Source: the human T2T-CHM13v2.0 reference genome, Homo sapiens. From it: DNA of 64,000 nt. Below are positions 61,600-64,000 of the stretch, piece by piece (the stretch's first letter is position 1; each line of letters starts with the position of its first letter). The translations under genes and the position numbers were made by a program. The notes below the pieces were generated by a model. That model worked only from the letters and a program-made list of their open reading frames with translations, had not been told where the DNA came from and made no database searches. The stretch is taken from the NCBI RefSeq assembly GCF_009914755.1, contig NC_060925.1, one strand, 5' to 3'.

Positions 61600-62110
61600 C
61601 ATTTTCACTGAAAGGAGATATTAAAGACTAAGAGTGTTGAACTTTACCTGAGTTTTGTGCTCCTAGAAAACAGCAATGATTAAGAAATCCTTGTATCCTT
61701 TTGTATTTTAGGAAATTGCTTATTACAAAGAACCATCCTTTCTCATGTGATTTATGTAAGACTCCCAGATGACCTCCTTGTTTTTCTATGACAAAGCCAG
61801 ATGCAGATCCTCCAAATGTTCATTATTTGTCTTCTAAATGATTAGCTAAAGTTTTTACCCCCACTCACCAATCTGGAAAAAATGCCTGCTAATTTGACTT
61901 GCCATAACTGTCTACAGGCTTCTCTGCTTTCTTAGGCTTCTGAATTGGGCCCACCCTGGAGCTTAATAAGCAAGCACTGAGAGCTTATTTATGCATTAGA
62001 ACATGGAAAAACTCCATTTAAAACCCCTTCTCAAGATTCAGCTGGTTGTCAGAATGACACATCTGCTCAGCTATCCACTCATGCCCACCTGCTTATCCAG
62101 CTTCCCATAC
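61600..62110. mobile_element. Old ERV1-type LTR relic (family uncertain)
   Basis: taagactcccagatgacctccttgtttttctatgacaaagccagatgcagatcctccaaat resembles MER-class ERV1 LTRs. Confidence 0.35.
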
Positions 62111-64000
62111 TCATGCACCAAGGCATCAGGGTAGATAAAGAGGTAAGTCATGATTTTCTTCTTGTCAAAAGGCACTGGTCTGCAATAATTTCTACTTTAG
62201 AATCATCATAGAATAGTCTTTATGACAATTTATTAAGTGCAGAGGGATGAGAAGAGTAAAAAAGCGCTGATCATACACTGAGTAGGGTTGCTCCTAGGGG
62301 CTAAAGAATGTGCTAGGATTTTACTTCTCAATGAAATTGGAGGAAACCAGAATTAAAAGGTAACTAATAATGTATTTCTTAAATAAGGTAACCATGGATA
62401 AAGTTTGAGATTTAGTTATGGGAACCACTAAACACCCAAAAGTAGATTACCAATTATCAGACTTTTCTTAATTTTAATAGGTAGAAGCACAAGGCATTAG
62501 GCACTTCAATTTCTGGGCATATTACCCTAGGAATTGCAGAGAGAAAAATGCAGAAAATTATAGAGGAGAATTGTCTAATACAAATGTCACACTGGCTTTT
62601 AAAAAATTGATTTACTTACCTTCAGTTGGGTCCTGAAATACAGCTGTAGGCGCTGAAAGATTTTTGTGAGAAGGGTAAAATCTTAGGCAGCTCTACTTAG
62701 CATGATTGATTGTTTTTTTTCTCAATTGCATGATTCTCAATTAGAGTTCTTTATCCAGGGTATTTGTTAATTGAGATATCACTGTACAAGGCAGCATGGC
62801 ATGCAGTGTATTTATTTTAAAAATGGCATTGTTCTTTGGCTTGAAATTCTACTACATAATACCAGAATGTTTAGGTTTTGTAAGTTTACAAATCGAATGT
62901 TTTATTATGTCCCAATTCTAAGCATGTTATAGAAATCATTATCTTTTGCCTGCATAGTCTAATCACATTGCTAAGAAATATAGATGTGATTAGAAACACT
63001 TTGATATTCAATGTAACACAATGACTTTGAAAAGTGATATTTATGGCTGATAATATGTATGCTTCATTATTCTCTATCTGAGCTATCATTGTCTTAAAGA
63101 ATGGAGATAGCTATCCTTATAGTAATAAGGATAGAATATTCAATAAAAATTAACAATAAAACAAGAAAATAACACTTCCCAAATTCCACCATTACAACAG
63201 TGGATGACTTATAAAAAATAAGAATATCAAGAGAAGGTAATAGAAAACTGTTAGCAATTAAAATTTAATTATAAAAAGGCTAGTAGTACTAGGGTAGGGG
63301 TAGAAATACTGAAAAGCCATCATCTGGCACATATGATTAATCATGCAGCATTTTACCAAGCACTCATCACTTAATCAAAAACAGAACAGTTACTTTTACA
63401 CAACTATTAATATTAGAATAGCTCCAAATTCATATTAAGAGGGATTCACAACTGCTAGGTAGAATAGTACTCCTGTTCTGCATTATGCTATTTTTATTTG
63501 GAAAGTGTTTTCTCTTAATTACATTGGCTATCCACCTATATCTTCCTATTTAGGAAGATTATTTTTCTTTTAAGACAAGAGTTTCTATGAAATTTTCTGG
63601 ACCTAATGCACTGAAATCAAATTTGACTATTTCCAGTATAGACTACTCCTCCTCACAGAATCTTAGTCAACTTCAGTTCTTCTACCCACTTCCTCGACTC
63701 TCTTTTTAAAATTCTATTTATAAAATATGGCCATGGAAGAAACAACACCATGTTTCAAAACATATTGCTGATCTTATAGGACACCACCCCAACCTCACAA
63801 GGTGTTGCCTCCGACATGACACTGTAGTCAATTAATGGGCCATTTCTACATCTGATAAGGCCAGCTGCAACATGGTAATTGAGAAACAATGAATCCTATA
63901 GTTTTAAGCCATTGCTATGCTTCTTTTTCTGTAAAATTAGTTATTTTGTCAGGAGCAATGTTTTTTAGCGTATTATACTGTAAATCAGACATTTTATGAG

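Noticed and set aside
62589-62606. cactggcttttaaaaaa similar to the L1 TSD at 30301
   Set aside because: Short, partly low-complexity match with no extension; chance is sufficient.

Overview
This is primate (human-like) non-coding genomic DNA, intergenic or deep-intronic, and largely made of interspersed repeats. No host protein-coding gene, RNA gene or CRISPR array can be supported; every long ORF is decayed LINE-1, Alu, LTR or DNA-transposon sequence. Main elements: a complete THE1 (MaLR) provirus with a nested Alu (5.4-8.0 kb); a full-length but broken L1PA5-like LINE-1 (12.7-18.8 kb, minus); a Ricksha (MuDR/MULE) DNA transposon carrying nested FLAM, L1PA15/16, Alu, MER52 and L1MA pieces (29.0-34.9 kb); a twin-primed, 5'-inverted L1PA7/8-like element (38.6-42.7 kb); and many Alu, MLT, MER, L2 and MIR relics. 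I found no new multi-gene system. The most unusual signals are structural fossils. (i) A ~150-bp copy at 20.9-21.07 kb preserves the empty pre-insertion site of the full-length L1 and has hairpin junctions. (ii) The TA tract of an MLT2 LTR contains a patchwork of direct and inverted copies of the LTR's own ends. (iii) A microhomology deletion fused an Alu to a MER52 LTR inside an L1. (iv) L1 ORF0 has lost its ATG but gained an in-frame downstream one. Repeat subfamily names come from recalled consensus features, not a database search, and boundaries of the oldest repeats are approximate.
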